From contig CATNEN010000014.1 in NCBI GenBank assembly GCA_950097015.1, forward strand, positions 1,488,001-1,552,000: a stretch of DNA of 64,000 nucleotides, read 5' to 3'. Made by a program: the position numbers and the translations under genes. The notes below the pieces were generated by a model. It had not been told where the DNA came from. It saw only the letters and a program-made list of their open reading frames with translations, and ran no database searches. Each line of letters begins with the position of its first letter. Positions within the stretch are counted from its first letter, which is position 1. This stretch comes from Macrostomum hystrix (Eukaryota > Animalia > Platyhelminthes). Of this stretch, positions 36,146-48,835 are shown piece by piece.

Positions 36146-39100
36146 ACGATTTTTCCTATTGCTTTCAATAGGAGGCCAAACAATGTTAAATAAGAATAGG
36201 GCCGGACACTGTCAGTTTTATTAGATTGCATCGGTGCTTTTTCTCGCCCGCGCGTGCATTGGTATAGCACTGAACAGGGCCCGATACTCTCAATTGAATA
36301 GGATTGCGTCACTGCTTTTCGACCCGTACGTACGTTTATAAATTTGTCTCTTGGCTGATCGAGTGATTTGATTTGAATACGCAAACCGTACATAGCAGAT
36401 TTCATGATTGGGCTTTTATGATGCTCAATGCTAGCGAGACCTCTCCTCCTCCTTTCTATCCATAAAACTGCAGCCTTTCTATTGTCAAACCTTGTCTCGA
36501 CTTCGATCATTGTGCCGCTTTCTTTTCATCTAGCTCCGAAGTAAAGTACTTTAATGCTTTTGTAGAATGCAGGTAGAATTTCAGCATCGCTTTTGTTACT
36601 GCTTCTTTTTCTTCTAATCTTCTAATCATCAGCAGTAAAAAACGTAAGCTCCTGTTTATTAGTATTTTTGGGCATTTTTGGGTTCGAGTATAAATACGAG
36701 TAAGTAAGTAAGCGATTTTGGTTAGCTACTGTCGAAGCAGATATTTGTTAGCTTTATTATTCCTGTACTCGCTTTCAGAAAATAGTATTCGTTTTCGAGT
36801 AAAGCAGCAAGTTTTATTCGATAATAAAACTTAGGAAATATTTTTGTGCATAGCTGCAGGCGTTATCACAATTGAGAACTGCAAGAAAAAAATATTGAGC
36901 GCAGCTAAAAGCGAAAATTATTTCAAATTTTTCTATTTTTTGAGCATTGTTTTAAGCGTTATTCGATCAAAAAATAGCTTATTTAATAATAATAAATATA
37001 AAACTTTATTTGACGAACACTGATCGAAACCGTTTTCTAAAGTGCTCAACGATTTTCTAAATGTGTCCAACGATTTTCTAAATATTTTAACAGTTTTCTA
37101 AATGTATCTACAGTGCCACATGTAACAGGAGATGTAACAGGAGATATTTGTTGCCTTCTGGGCTGAGTAAAACGATGGACACATCGTTTCTATGCTATTT
37201 GGGGGCAATGGTTTCCTGTCAAAGAAAAAGGGCAAACATTTCTTGCTGTGAGTTTGGTAGCCTGCAAGTAGCCTCCATTCTGGTATTATGGAGGTTCTCT
37301 TCTGTTTGGAGAACATTAGTTCTCTGCTGCTGGGGGAATTAGTTCTCTGCTGCTAGGGGGGAATTAGTTCTCTGCTGCTGGGGGAATTAGTTCTCTGCTG
37401 CTGGGGGAATTAGTTCTCTGCTGCTGGGGGAATTAGTTCTCTGCTGCTGGGGGAATTAGTTCTCTGCTGCTGGGGAAATTAGTTCTCTGCTGCTGGGGAA
37501 ATTAGTTCTCTGCTGCTGGGGAAATTGGTTCTCTGCTGCTGGGGAAATTAGTTCTCTGCTGCTGGGGGAATTTGTTCTCTGCTGCTGGGAAAATTAGTTC
37601 TCATGGCAAAACCAGCGTTTGAATCATGGCTAAACCAGAGTTTGAATCATGGCTAAACCAGAGTCTGAATCATTCTAAGCCAGAGTCTGAATCATGGCTA
37701 AACCAGAGCTCAAATCATGGCTAAATTTAAGTTTGATTCATGGCAAAACCAGAGTTTGAATAATGGCTAAACAAGAGTTTGAATCATGGCTATGTAATAA
37801 AATGAATGTCCTAGCTGGAGTGAGAGGAATTTTAAAGCTAGCGACTATTCACTATTCACCGGGGTCGGTGTCCTACCAATCGTTTCAATAGCAGCAGGGA
37901 ATCTGAAATTAAATAGCGTTAGAGTACTAGGGTAGCAAGCGAAGCGGAATAGGAAATGTCGTCCTCCGGCCCGGCGAAACTCCCAATGAAAAAGGAATAA
38001 CACAGTGTGACGTTGTCACTTGTTGAAGGCGCCCCTGCAATATTACTCTATGCGTTGATTACATGCTTAATTTCCTAATTATGTACTAGCTTGGGCCGTT
38101 TTAACTCATCGTATAATGTCATCCAATTCTGTTAATTTATATTATTAAGTCAAATTATTAGGGCGCTACTGTCAGTAACCATAAACGCATATCGCGCCAT
38201 TCTAGCTATTTCCTACGCGTATCTTAATGTATTTCCCCCCCCGGCCAATGAGCGTGCGAGCTCTGGCTGGCCGGAAGTATCGATCGCTGTGTTTTTCAGT
38301 TAGCCTGGTTTACTTAATCAAGGGCTTCAGGCCCGCTCGCGCTTCACCTTCTCATTCTTGCATTCTGTTCCCTTGCGGTCCTTCACCTTCGCTTCACTCT
38401 TCGCGCCTCACTCTCGCCCTTCTACGTTTTCGTGCTGTGCCATTCTCTCACTACACTCCACTACATTCGGTTCTGTTCGTGTCCAACAATCACCATTAAC
38501 GAGCTCCTACGCCTTACATAACGCCCTGCTTGTCGACGTCCCAGTGCACCCAGAATAAAAGTGCTACCGCTACATCACAGACATTACTGACTCTGAATTG
38601 CCGAACTTACAATTGCCGCTGCTCTGACTTCGACTTCGTCCTTTGTGTTTTAATCGTCACAACAGTGTGAACACAAGACTCGAATAATTTGATTAGAAGT
38701 GATTTGATCAGCTGTGACTAAGATTTCAGATACGAATAGGAATTACTTTGAATATCGTTTACTTGACTTAAAAGTTATGCTGACAGAATAGATGTTCGCA
38801 CAGAAATAAATTATAGCGCGCTCACAGTGAGAAGCAAGTCTGGCCTAACAATTTGGATATAACAATTTTACCTAACTGGCCTAATCCGCGCCCTACTCTT
38901 CCCGAGAGGCTCCGGTTGTCTCTGCTTTCAGCGCTGCCCCGGTTGGCACTCCTTCTGCCGGACGGCGGAGTCTCCGAAGAGAGCACGTACTGACTTCGAC
39001 AACCAGCGCCTATCTAGACCACCCTTGTCAGCGGCGCACTCTCAAGACGCGTAGCGCCGAAAGCTACCTAACTGAACAAGCGGAGCGTGGTCGGGCGGGG

Positions 39101-40544
39101 AAGGACAAAACAAGTGGACTTAATTTGCTGGCGCGTGCTTCTCACAGTGTGAGGCGAATTGCCGATAGCGATAATTTGCACGTGCTTCTCACAGTGTGAG
39201 GCGGATTGCAGAAAAAGAGATAATTTTGGACTACAAAAACACGCTTCGTTATATAGAGTCATTTCAACCCCAAACTAGGTCGATCGGCGAGGTGGATGCC
39301 TGGCTGTAGCTTGAGCCAAGGTGACAAATCACAGTAGACTTGCGACCGCCGTTCTGAGCCCCGGGGTTGCTTCTTGCCGAGGGTAGACAGGTAGTGAGGC
39401 CAGGTCGCTCGCTGATTGGCCGGGACCGTAGCCCAGGGGTAGCGCTCGCGGGGTGGTGGGCGTCCGTTCCCCCAGCTGGTCCGGCCCGGCTTGGCGTGGG
39501 TGACTCTTAGCAAAAAACACACGCGTCTAAAAATAGATAATTAAGCACTGAAAAATAACACGGGGAGATAGAAGTACAAACAAGCTGACACTACAGCTAA
39601 ACCACAGTTTGAATCATGGCTAAACCAGAGTTTGAATCATGGCTAAACCAGCGTTTGAATCATGGCCAACCAGCGTCTGAATCATAGCTAAACCAGAGTT
39701 TATATCATGGCTAAACCAGAGTCTGAATCATGGCTAAACCAGAGTTTGAATCAAAGCTAAACCAGAACTGGGGGATAATCGTCAACTGTGGGATAATTGT
39801 AAACTGGGGAATCATCATCAAATGGGGGATCATGGTCAACTGGGGATCATTGTCAAATGGGGATCATCATCGTTTGGGAGTCATCATCAAATGGGGGATC
39901 TTGGTCAACTGGGAGATCATTGTCAACTGGGTGATCATCATCAACTGGGGGATCATTGTCAACTAGGGGGTAATAGCCAACTGGGGTAAAATTGTGAACT
40001 GGGGATCATCATCAATGGGGGATCATAGTCAACTGGGAGATAATTGTCAACTAGGTGATCATCATCAACTGGGGGATCATTGTAACCTGAGGGATCAATG
40101 TCAACTGGGGGATCATTGTCAACTGGGTGATCATCTTCAACTGGTGGATCATCATCATCTGGGGGATCATTGTGAACTGCGGGATCATCATCAACTGGGG
40201 GATCATTGTCAACTTGGGGAACATTGTCAACTGGGGGATCATCATCAACTGGGGGATCATTGTCAACTGGGGAATCATTGTCGACTGGGGGACCATTGTC
40301 AACTGGGGTATCATTGTCCCAGATCATTGTCAACTGGGGGATCATTGTCAACTGGGGGATCATCATCAACTGGGAATCATTGTCGACTGAGGGACCATTG
40401 TCAACCGGGGGATCATTATCAACTGGGGGATCATTGTCAACTGATCATTGTAGCGTAAAAAGGCTAAAAATACAGCTGCTAAAAAGTGTATACTGGACGA
40501 ATTAAAATTATTTCTGCTCCCCGAAGGGGGGCAAAACTTGCTAG
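36146..40544 (+). mobile_element. Helitron unit 5 (5'-truncated, interrupted by a solo LTR)
   Basis: Internal sequence matches units 1-3 from cctattgctttcaatagg onward; ends hairpin-CTAG at 40541-40544. Confidence 0.75.
37793..39595. mobile_element. Solo LTR (1803 bp) with 4-bp TSD GCTA
   Basis: Starts TGTAAT and ends ACTACA; gcta at 37789-37792 and 39596-39599; splits the 23-bp aaccagagtttgaatcatggcta array. TATA-like (about 39250) and CCAAT-like (about 39415) motifs lie on the minus strand. Confidence 0.8.
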
Positions 40545-43500
40545 TCCTACTATACTAAATGTCTAAGATCTGTCCATCTGAAATGCTCTAGCGATTGAAT
40601 GGCTAGACCAATTTTTTTCCAGTTTTCACCAAAAAGTACCAATTCATCCAAGGATTAGACTGATCAAATTTCATCATTCTGTCTCAATGCCAAGGGTATT
40701 AAATATTCGAAAAACGAGTTTTCCTATTGCTTTCAATAGGAGGCCAAACAAGGTTAAATTGGAATAGGTCCGGACACTGTCAGTTTTATTAGATTGCATC
40801 GGTACTTTTTCTCGCCCGCGCGTGCATTGGTATGGCACAGAACAGGGCCCGATACTCTCAATTGAATGGGATTGCGTCACTGATTTTCGACCCGTACGTG
40901 CGTTTATAAATTTGTCTCTTGGCTGATCGAGTGATTTGATTTGAATACGCAAAACGTACATAGCAGATTTCATGATTGGGCTTTTATGATGCTCAATGCT
41001 AGCGAGACCTCTCCTCCTCCTTTCTATCCATAAAACTGCAGCCTTTCTATTGTCAAACCTTGTCTCGACTTCGATCATTGTGCCGCTTTCTTTTCATCTA
41101 GCTCCGAAGTAAAGTACTTTAATGCTTTTGTAGAATGCAGGTAGAATTTCAGCATCGGTTTTGTTACTGCTTCTTTTTCTTCTAATATTCTAATCACCAG
41201 CAGTAAAAAACGTAAGTTCCTGTTTATTAGTATTTTTTGGGCATTTTTGGTTCGAGTATAAATAGTAAGCGCTTTTGGTTAGCTACTGTCGAAGCAGATA
41301 TTTGTTAGCTTTATTATTCCTGTACTCGCTTTCAGAAAATAGTATAAGTTTTTTCGAGTAAAGCAGCAAGTTTTATTCGATACTAAAACTAAGGAAATAT
41401 TTTTTGTGCATAGCTGCAAGCGTTAGCACATTCAGAACTGCAAGAAAAAATATTGAGCACAGCTAAGAGCGTAATTTATTTCAATTTTTTCTATTTTTTA
41501 GCATTGCTTTAAGCGTTATTCCATTAAAAAAAGCTTATTTTATAATAATAAATATAAAACTTTATTCGACGAAGACTGATCGAAATCATTTCCTAAAGTC
41601 CTCAACGATTTTCTAAATGTGTCCAACGATTTTCTAAATGTGTCCAACGATTTTCTAAATGTGTCCAACGATTTTCTAAATGTGTCCAATGATTTTCTAA
41701 ATGTGTCCAATGATTTTCTAAATGTGTCCAGCAGTTTTCTAAATGTGTCCAACGATTTTCTAAATTTGTCCAGCAGTTTTCTAAATGCGTTTAACAGTTT
41801 TCTAAAAGTACCTACCATGCCACATGTAACAGGAGATATTTGTTACCTTCTGGGCTGAGTAAAACGATGGACACATCGTTTCTATGCTATTTGGGGGCAA
41901 TGGTTTGCTGTCAAAGAAAAATGGCAAACATTTCTTGCTGCGAGTTTGGTAGCCTGCAAGTAGTCCATTCTGGTATTATGGAGGTTCTCTTCTGTTTGGA
42001 GAACATCAGTTCTCTGCTGCTGGGGGAATTAGTTCTCTGCTGCTAGGGGGGAATTAGTTCTCTGCTGCTGGGGGAATTAGTTCTCTGCTGCTGGGAGGAT
42101 ATTAGTTCTCTGCTGCTGGGAGGACATAAGTTCTCTGCTGCTGGGGAAATTAGTTCTCTGCTGCTGGGATGACATAAGTTCTCTGCTGCTGGGGAAATTA
42201 GTTCTCTGCTGCTGGGAGGACATTAGTTCTCTGCTGCTGGGGGAATTAGTTCTCTGCTGCTAGGGGGAATTAGTTCTCTGCTGCTAGGGGGGAATTAGTT
42301 CTCTGCTGCTGGGAGGATATTAGTTCTCTGCTGCTGGGAGGACATTAGTTCTCTGCTGCTGGGGGAATTAGTTCTCTGCTGCTAGGGGGGAATTAGTTCT
42401 CTGCTGCTGGGAGGACATTAGTTCTCTGCTGCTGGGAGGACATTAGTTCTCTGCTGCTGGGAGGACATTAGTTCTCTGCTGCTGGGGGAATTAGTTCTCT
42501 GCTGCTAGGGGGGAATTAGTTCTCTGCTGCTGGGAGGACATTAGTTCTCTGCTGCTGGGGGAATTAGTTCTCTGCTGCTAGGGGGGAATTAGTTCTCTGC
42601 TGCGGGGAGGACATTAGTTCTCTGCTGCTAGGGGGGAATTAGTTCTCTGCTGCTGGGAGGACATTAGTTCTCTGCTGCTGGGGGGGAATTAGTTCTCTGC
42701 TGCTGGGAGGATATTAGTTCTCTGCTGCTAGGGGGGAATTAGTTCTCTGCTGCTGGGAGGATATTAGTTCTCTGCTGCTGGGAGGACATTAGTTCTCTGC
42801 TGCTGGGGGAATTAGTTCTCTGCTGCTAGGGGGGAATTAGTTCTCTGCTGCTGGGAGGACATTAGTTCTCTGCTGCTGGGAGGACATTAGTTCTCTGCTG
42901 CTGGGAGGACATTAGTTCTCTGCTGCTGGGGGAATTAGTTCTCTGCTGCTAGGGGGGAATTAGTTCTCTGCTGCTGGGAGGACATTAGTTCTCTGCTGCT
43001 GGGGGAATTAGTTCTCTGCTGCTAGGGGGGAATTAGTTCTCTGCTGCGGGGAGGACATTAGTTCTCTGCTGCTAGGGGGGAATTAGTTCTCTGCTGCTGG
43101 GAGGACATTAGTTCTCTGCTGCTGGGGGAATTAGTTCTCTGCTGCTGAAGGGAATTAGTTCTCTGCTGCTAGGGGGGAATTAGTTCTCTGCTGCTGGGAG
43201 GACATTAGTTCTCTGCTGCTAGGGGGGAATTAGTTCTCTGCTGCTGGGAGGATATTAGTTCTCTGCTGCTGAAGGGAATTAGTTCTCTGCTGCTAGGGGG
43301 GAATTAGTTCTCTGCTGCTGGGAGGACATTAGTTCTCTGCTGCTGGGGGAACTAGTTCTCTGCTGCTGGGAGGATATTAGTTCTCTGCTGCTGAAGGGAA
43401 TTAGTTCTCTGCTGCTAGGGGGGAATTAGTTCTCTGCTGCTGGGAGGACATTAGTTCTCTGCTGCTGGGGGAACTAGTTCTCTGCTGCTAGGGGGGAATT

Positions 43501-45287
43501 AGTTCTCTGCTACTGGGAGGATATTAGTTCTCTGCTTCTGAAGGGAATTAGTTCTCTGCTGCTAGGGGGGAATTAGTTCTCTGCTGCTGGGGTAATTAGT
43601 TCTCTGCTGCTGGGAGGATATTAGTTCTTTGCTGCTGGGGGAATTAGTTCTCTGCTGCTGGGGAGACGTTGAATTTTTACTGCTGAGGGGATAGTATTCA
43701 CATGTACCTCAGTAGCATTAAGCTGAGTTGTATCAAACGTAAGTTACTTGTGTAATTTTGCCCCAATGGGGCTCTTGGTGTACCGACGGGATGTCTCAGA
43801 ATGTATATTATACTACGACTCGTACTTGCTTGTGGGTTCACTTTTCCACGAGAAAAAACGGCTGAACCGATTTTAACCATTCTTTCGCCAAAATATGCCA
43901 AATTTTCCAGCAACGGTACACAACTTTTTGCTAAGAAATTGCTTTATTCTAAATGGGATAAAGGTTCCAAAAACATGATTTTTGCTCATTTTTTCAAAGG
44001 TCAAACCATCTTGGCTTATTGAGAATTTCGCTGACTGCCACTGAATTGGAATCGCATAGTCAACTTGCGCAACACCCCCTAGCTGATTGAGTTAGAAGCC
44101 TGCACAATCTGGACACAAATTTGAAATAAATGTACAACAGCTGTCGACTTCGTTAGCTATGAGCTAGATGGACAAGTAAGTGGGCGAACTCAAATGGTTA
44201 AGTTAGTAAGGGCGGCTGCCGATTATGACGCACAGCTGGCTATATTTTGCCCAATTGAGCAATAGAGAAGTTGTGCTTGAACGTGAGAGAGAACGGGTAG
44301 GTTTTAATTAGCGTGGGTAACTGCAAAACTTAAATAAGCTGGTATGGGTTTCCGGAAACTTCTGGAAGAACAGTCCAGACGAAAGCCGATTCTATGGGCA
44401 AAAGGCCCATATAATGTTCTAGAAGGGGAGTGGGGGTGCGCACAAACGGAGGGAGACACAGAGTGTGAGCTATTTTTAGAAACAAGTGCGAGCTAGGCCA
44501 GAGGAAAGCATAGGGCAGACTGAAAAGTGTGCAGTGAACAGTGTGGGAACTTTTTGGAGGTTCGCATAAACCCGACACCAGCTAAGTGTACTCTATTTGT
44601 ACAAAGCCAGAACTTTGAGGATTCATTTTATAAGGCAAATTTTTGCATCCACAATCCAACAGTCGGAGTAGCCGATGTGTAGGCACTAGGAATAGGTATG
44701 CTAGGCTAGGCTAGGCGAAGTGTCTCTGGTTCGACTCTTCACTGCGTCAAATATTTAAATTAATTGTCAGTCAGTAGTGATGGATGCGAAGCAATTTTTT
44801 TTTTGAAAATAAAGGGGAAACTTTTCATTTACTTTTGCATGGCAAAATGACAGTGTGAATCATGACTAAACTAGAGTTTGAATCATAGCAAAAATTTTCT
44901 ATTGTCATTGAATTTAATTCTCTACATTTAGATTTTGTAACGAAAATCTTATAACGTCATAATGATATATACTTTAATGATAATAATTTAGACTAATATT
45001 CATTTAATTGTTGTTCATCTCAATTTTCTACAAAAGCAGCCAATAGAAAAATTCAACTAGGGAACATTGTCAACTGGGGATCATCATCAATTGGGAGTCA
45101 TCATCAAATGGTGGATCATGGTAAACTGGGGGATCATTGTCAACTGGGGGATCATCATCAAATGGGGGATAATTGTCAAATGGGGGATCATCATCATCAA
45201 CTGGGGGATCATTGTCAACTGGGTGATCATCATCAACTGGGGGATCATTGTCAACTGTGTCATTGTAGCTTAAAAAAATGCTGAAAA
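40545..45287 (+). mobile_element. Helitron unit 6 (alternative 5' end, expanded 21-bp and 23-bp arrays, insertion at about 43665-44830, no intact 3' end)
   Basis: Starts tcctactatactaaatgtctaagatctgtcc directly after CTAG; same internal modules in the same order; cut off at A|TCC 45287/45288. Confidence 0.75.
41590..41805 (+). repeat. 21-bp minisatellite (aacgattttctaaatgtgtcc), about 10 copies here and 2-4 in other units
   Basis: SNDFLNV heptad repeat in ORF 41619-41858; shorter versions at about 11345, 15915, 20820, 25720 and 37040. Confidence 0.92.
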
Positions 45288-45845
45288 TCCTACTATACTA
45301 AATGCCTAAGATCTGTCCATCTGAAATGCTCTAGCGATTGAATGGCTAGACCAATTATCAGAATTCCTTCGCCAAATGATCACAAATGGTCCCGAATCGG
45401 TACACGTACTTTTATTAAGCTTAATTCCATTGCCATGGGGATTTCTCATAATATTCGAAAAACTGTTTTATATAGGCTTTTCTAATGCATTCTTGTTTTC
45501 AGCTTGTGCACAGTGAGGCTCCAGTGCAAATTTTTATGATTGCATCAGAGCCAGTTTTGTTAGGCGAGCGAACTGATAAGGAATTTCTCACCCAAATGTG
45601 CACAGGCTGAGCTGGCTTCTGTTATCTGTTCGGCACTGAGATATTTTTTTTTTTCATTTATTAATATTTTGCAACCAATATAGCCAATTCACATCATACT
45701 CCAAAAGGCTACAGCTGAGAACTGAAATGATCCAAGTCTTCGGCCTTTTTGGCAGCAAGTAACTCATTTTTCCTAGCAGAGCGAAGCGAAGCGAACCGAA
45801 TTCCAGGAATTTGAACCGCTTTCCAGGCAAAACAATGACACAGCC

Positions 45846-46272
45846 AGATAGCATTGATAGTTATCTAGGCTCAGAATCGATAGAAATCAAGGCTCAGAAT
45901 GGATAGATATCTAAACTCAGAATTGATTGATTCCTAGGCTCAGAATCGATACATAGCCAGGCTCAACATTTTATAGATATCTGGGCTCAGCAATGGTAGT
46001 TACTTAGGCTCAGCATTAATAAATATCTAGGCTCAGCATTGATAGATATCAAGGCTCAGAAATGATTGATTCGTAGGCTCAGAATCGATAGAAATCTAAG
46101 CTCAGAATTGATAGTTTCTTAGGTGCAGAATCGATACAAACCTAGGGTCAACATTTCTATAGATTTCTAAGCACTGCATTGATATTTATCCAAGCTCAGC
46201 ATTGATAGTTATCTAGGCTCAGCATTAATATTTTTCCAGGCTCAGCATTGATAGTTATCTAGGCTCAGCATT
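45846..46272 (+). repeat. 23-bp minisatellite C (gcattgatagatatctaggctca); continues at 49052-49275 and 50411-50612
   Basis: ggctcag recurs every 23 bp; the array is split by the Gypsy and LINE insertions. Confidence 0.92.
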
Positions 46273-46481
46273 TGTGTTGTACTTTTATGTTCGTTCTACT
46301 TTCATTCTATAGAAACTAGTATTCGACCGTTGCAGCTATATATCCCATGGACAATTCCTTCTACGTGTTTGATTGCGAGGACCGCGTTAAGAGCGTTTGC
46401 GGCTCTAGCGTTTGTAGTAACCTGGGCTTTGCTATCTACCCAAATACACTAGACCACAATCTATCGCGGCAATACGCAACG

Positions 46482-47195
46482 ATGGCAAGCGCAGTCAAAT
46501 CCAGCGACATAATCAAGCAGTACGACGGTGAAGAGGATTTTTCGCGCTGGGCACAGAAGCTCGAACTCGTTGCCAAGCTCCAAAAAGTGAATGACCTGGC
46601 TGCTTTCATCCCACTATTTCTAACGGGAGGTGCGTTCGCCGTGTACCAGGCACTAAACGAGGAAAGCAAGTCGGACTACAAAACTCTGAAAGCGGCTCTT
46701 ATCTCAGCGTTCTGCCCAAACAAGTTCAAAGCATACGACGAGTTCGTGTCACTCAGGCTCGGCCCCGGGGAGTCCGTGGACATTTTCCTCGCGGATCTCA
46801 CGAGGCTTGCACGCCTAGTGGACGAGATTCCCGGGGAAGAATGGATCAAAAGCGCATTCGTCCGTGGGCTCCCAGCAACCGTCAGTCAACAGCTGATCGC
46901 TTCCTGCTCTCTAAAAGAGCTCGAACTCCATGAACTAGCGGAGAAAGCTAGAAACTTAACGCTCAGTCGTGAGTCCTGCTGTGTTGTCTCGAGCGCAGGA
47001 AATACGCGAAGCGCTGGAAAGTTCGCCCCACGCAACAAAGTGATGTCGTGCTACTCGTGCGGCAAGGAGGGCCATGTGAGCAAAGAGTGCATGGAACGCA
47101 ACCGAGCGAATCAAGGTTGTTTCGTTTGTGGAAAAGCGGGACACGTGGCTGCTCGATGCCCGCAGGGCGCTGATTTTTTCAAAAAAAACGAGTGA
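46482..47195 (+). CDS. gag: Gag with two CCHC zinc knuckles
   Basis: MASAVKSSDIIKQYDG..FSRW...; CYSCGKEGHVSKEC and CFVCGKAGHVAARC. The true ATG is probably 46482, since the ORF-track start lies inside the LTR. Confidence 0.88.
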   Translation: MASAVKSSDIIKQYDGEEDFSRWAQKLELVAKLQKVNDLAAFIPLFLTGGAFAVYQALNEESKSDYKTLKAALISAFCPNKFKAYDEFVSLRLGPGESVDIFLADLTRLARLVDEIPGEEWIKSAFVRGLPATVSQQLIASCSLKELELHELAEKARNLTLSRESCCVVSSAGNTRSAGKFAPRNKVMSCYSCGKEGHVSKECMERNRANQGCFVCGKAGHVAARCPQGADFFKKNE

Positions 47196-47269
47196 TGTAA
47201 GCGCGGAATGTTTGCGCCAACGGGCTTCCTTGTGCACCGGCGCACTTACCATCGTTAAGTGTTCATGTT

Positions 47270-48835
47270 AATAGTTTGGTCGCTACTGCCTTAGTAGATA
47301 CTGTTTGTTCGCGGTCCATCGTTTCTTCACGAGTTACTGGAGTTAAAAAACGTCCCGTTCACGAGAGGGTCACGATGATGAATGGTGACTCAGCAGAATG
47401 TGAATGGGAGGCTGACGTTACTTTGTCTGTTCGAGGCCACCAATTACCAGCGCTGCGATGTATCGTTATGGACATCCTTCCTGGGTTCGATTTGCTGCTT
47501 GGGATGCATGCTATCAGCCGATTGGGCGGTGTCTCCGTGAGATTGCCGCAGTGTCCGCCTCGGTATTGAAGAGCAGTCATTAGCGTTGGAGACTGCTGCG
47601 GTAGCCAAGGCTTTCTCAAAACCAAAGGCGGAGTCACCTGTGAGCTGTGCGGCAGGAGAGGTTGGGTCATCTGTGAGCTGTCCGTCAGGAGAGGTCGAGT
47701 CACCCGAGAGCTGTCCGGCAGGAGAGGTGAGGTCACCTGTGAGCTGTCCGGCAGGAGAGGTGGAGTCACCTGTGAGCTGTCCGGCAGGAGAGGTGAGGTC
47801 ACCTGTGAGCTGTCCGGCAGGAGAGGTGAGGTCACCTGTGAGCTGTCCGGCAGTAGAGGTGGAGTCACCTGTGCGCTGCCCGGTAGGAGAGGTCGAGTCA
47901 CCTGTGCGCTGCCCGGTAGGAGAGGTCGAGTCACTTGTGCGTTGCCCGGCAGGTTGAGCGAGGCTTGCGAAAGATTACGCTTTAAAAGCGACGCCTTTAA
48001 CTGAGGCGTGCCTGGTGCTTGAGGAAAAAGACTTCTCGGCTAAGTTTATCGATGGAGAGTAGACAGTGGCATGAAAGTGGCTGGATGAGGCCCCACTACT
48101 GTCAAATACGATAGCTCAATACCGAGTCCCACCAGAGACGGTAGGCGAGTATGAGTCAGAGATAAAAGACTGGATTCAGCGAGGTTGGCTGCTACCGTTC
48201 GAAGGTGACAGTGACGGCGTCATCCCTCTGATGGCAGTGGTGCAGACCAACAAAGCAAAGGTGCGGCCTGTACTCAACTATCGCGAGTTGAACCAGTACG
48301 TGTCAAGCCACACCACCGAAAGCGTCGTGTGCGGCGCCAAGCTCCGGGCCTGGCGGCGGCTCGGTGAGAATGCGAGTATCATCGACCTGCGGAAGGCCTA
48401 CCTACAACTACGATTGGACCCCAGTCTCTGGCGCTACCGCTACGCTGAGGTCCGTGCTTTCTGTGAGGCTTGGGGAGTGCAGCTCCTCTTCCGTTGCGCT
48501 CACCGGCCGTCAGGCAACGGAATAGTCGAGCGCAATCATCGGACGATTAAGCGGATGGCAGCCAGAACCGGAAAGGACGTGCTGGAAATGGTGTTCTGGT
48601 ACAACATGGCTCCAAAGGATGGCACTTGCAAGGCACGTGGCCCAGGGGACGCGTGACGGGCCAGAGACAAGGGTCTACGGTGGAGGTCGATGGCCTTCCC
48701 CGTCACGTAGCTGACGTCCGCCCGGCACCAGACACGCAACCGCAGCCTCCTGGGGTAGAGCGAGCTGTCGAGCAGGATGCCGAACCACGACGGTCTAATA
48801 GGGTGAAGTCGGCGCCGATCCGTTACGAACCTTGA
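47270..48835 (+). pseudogene. pol: Disrupted pol: protease, 33-bp repeat insert, RT N-half fused to integrase core
   Basis: ALVDTVCSRS (DTG changed to DTV) and DLLLGM; VQTNKAKVRPVLNYRELN and IIDLRKAYLQ (RT) joined at about 48437 to FRCAHRPSGNGIVERNHRTIK (integrase); several stops. Confidence 0.85.

Noticed and set aside
42006-43662. CRISPR-like repeat/spacer appearance of array A
   Set aside because: The variable parts are only 9-11 nt and reused many times; eukaryotic context; no cas genes.
44131-44622. Possible solo LTR bounded by TGTACA at both ends
   Set aside because: No target-site duplication could be found (taaa versus aagc), so the boundaries are unsupported.
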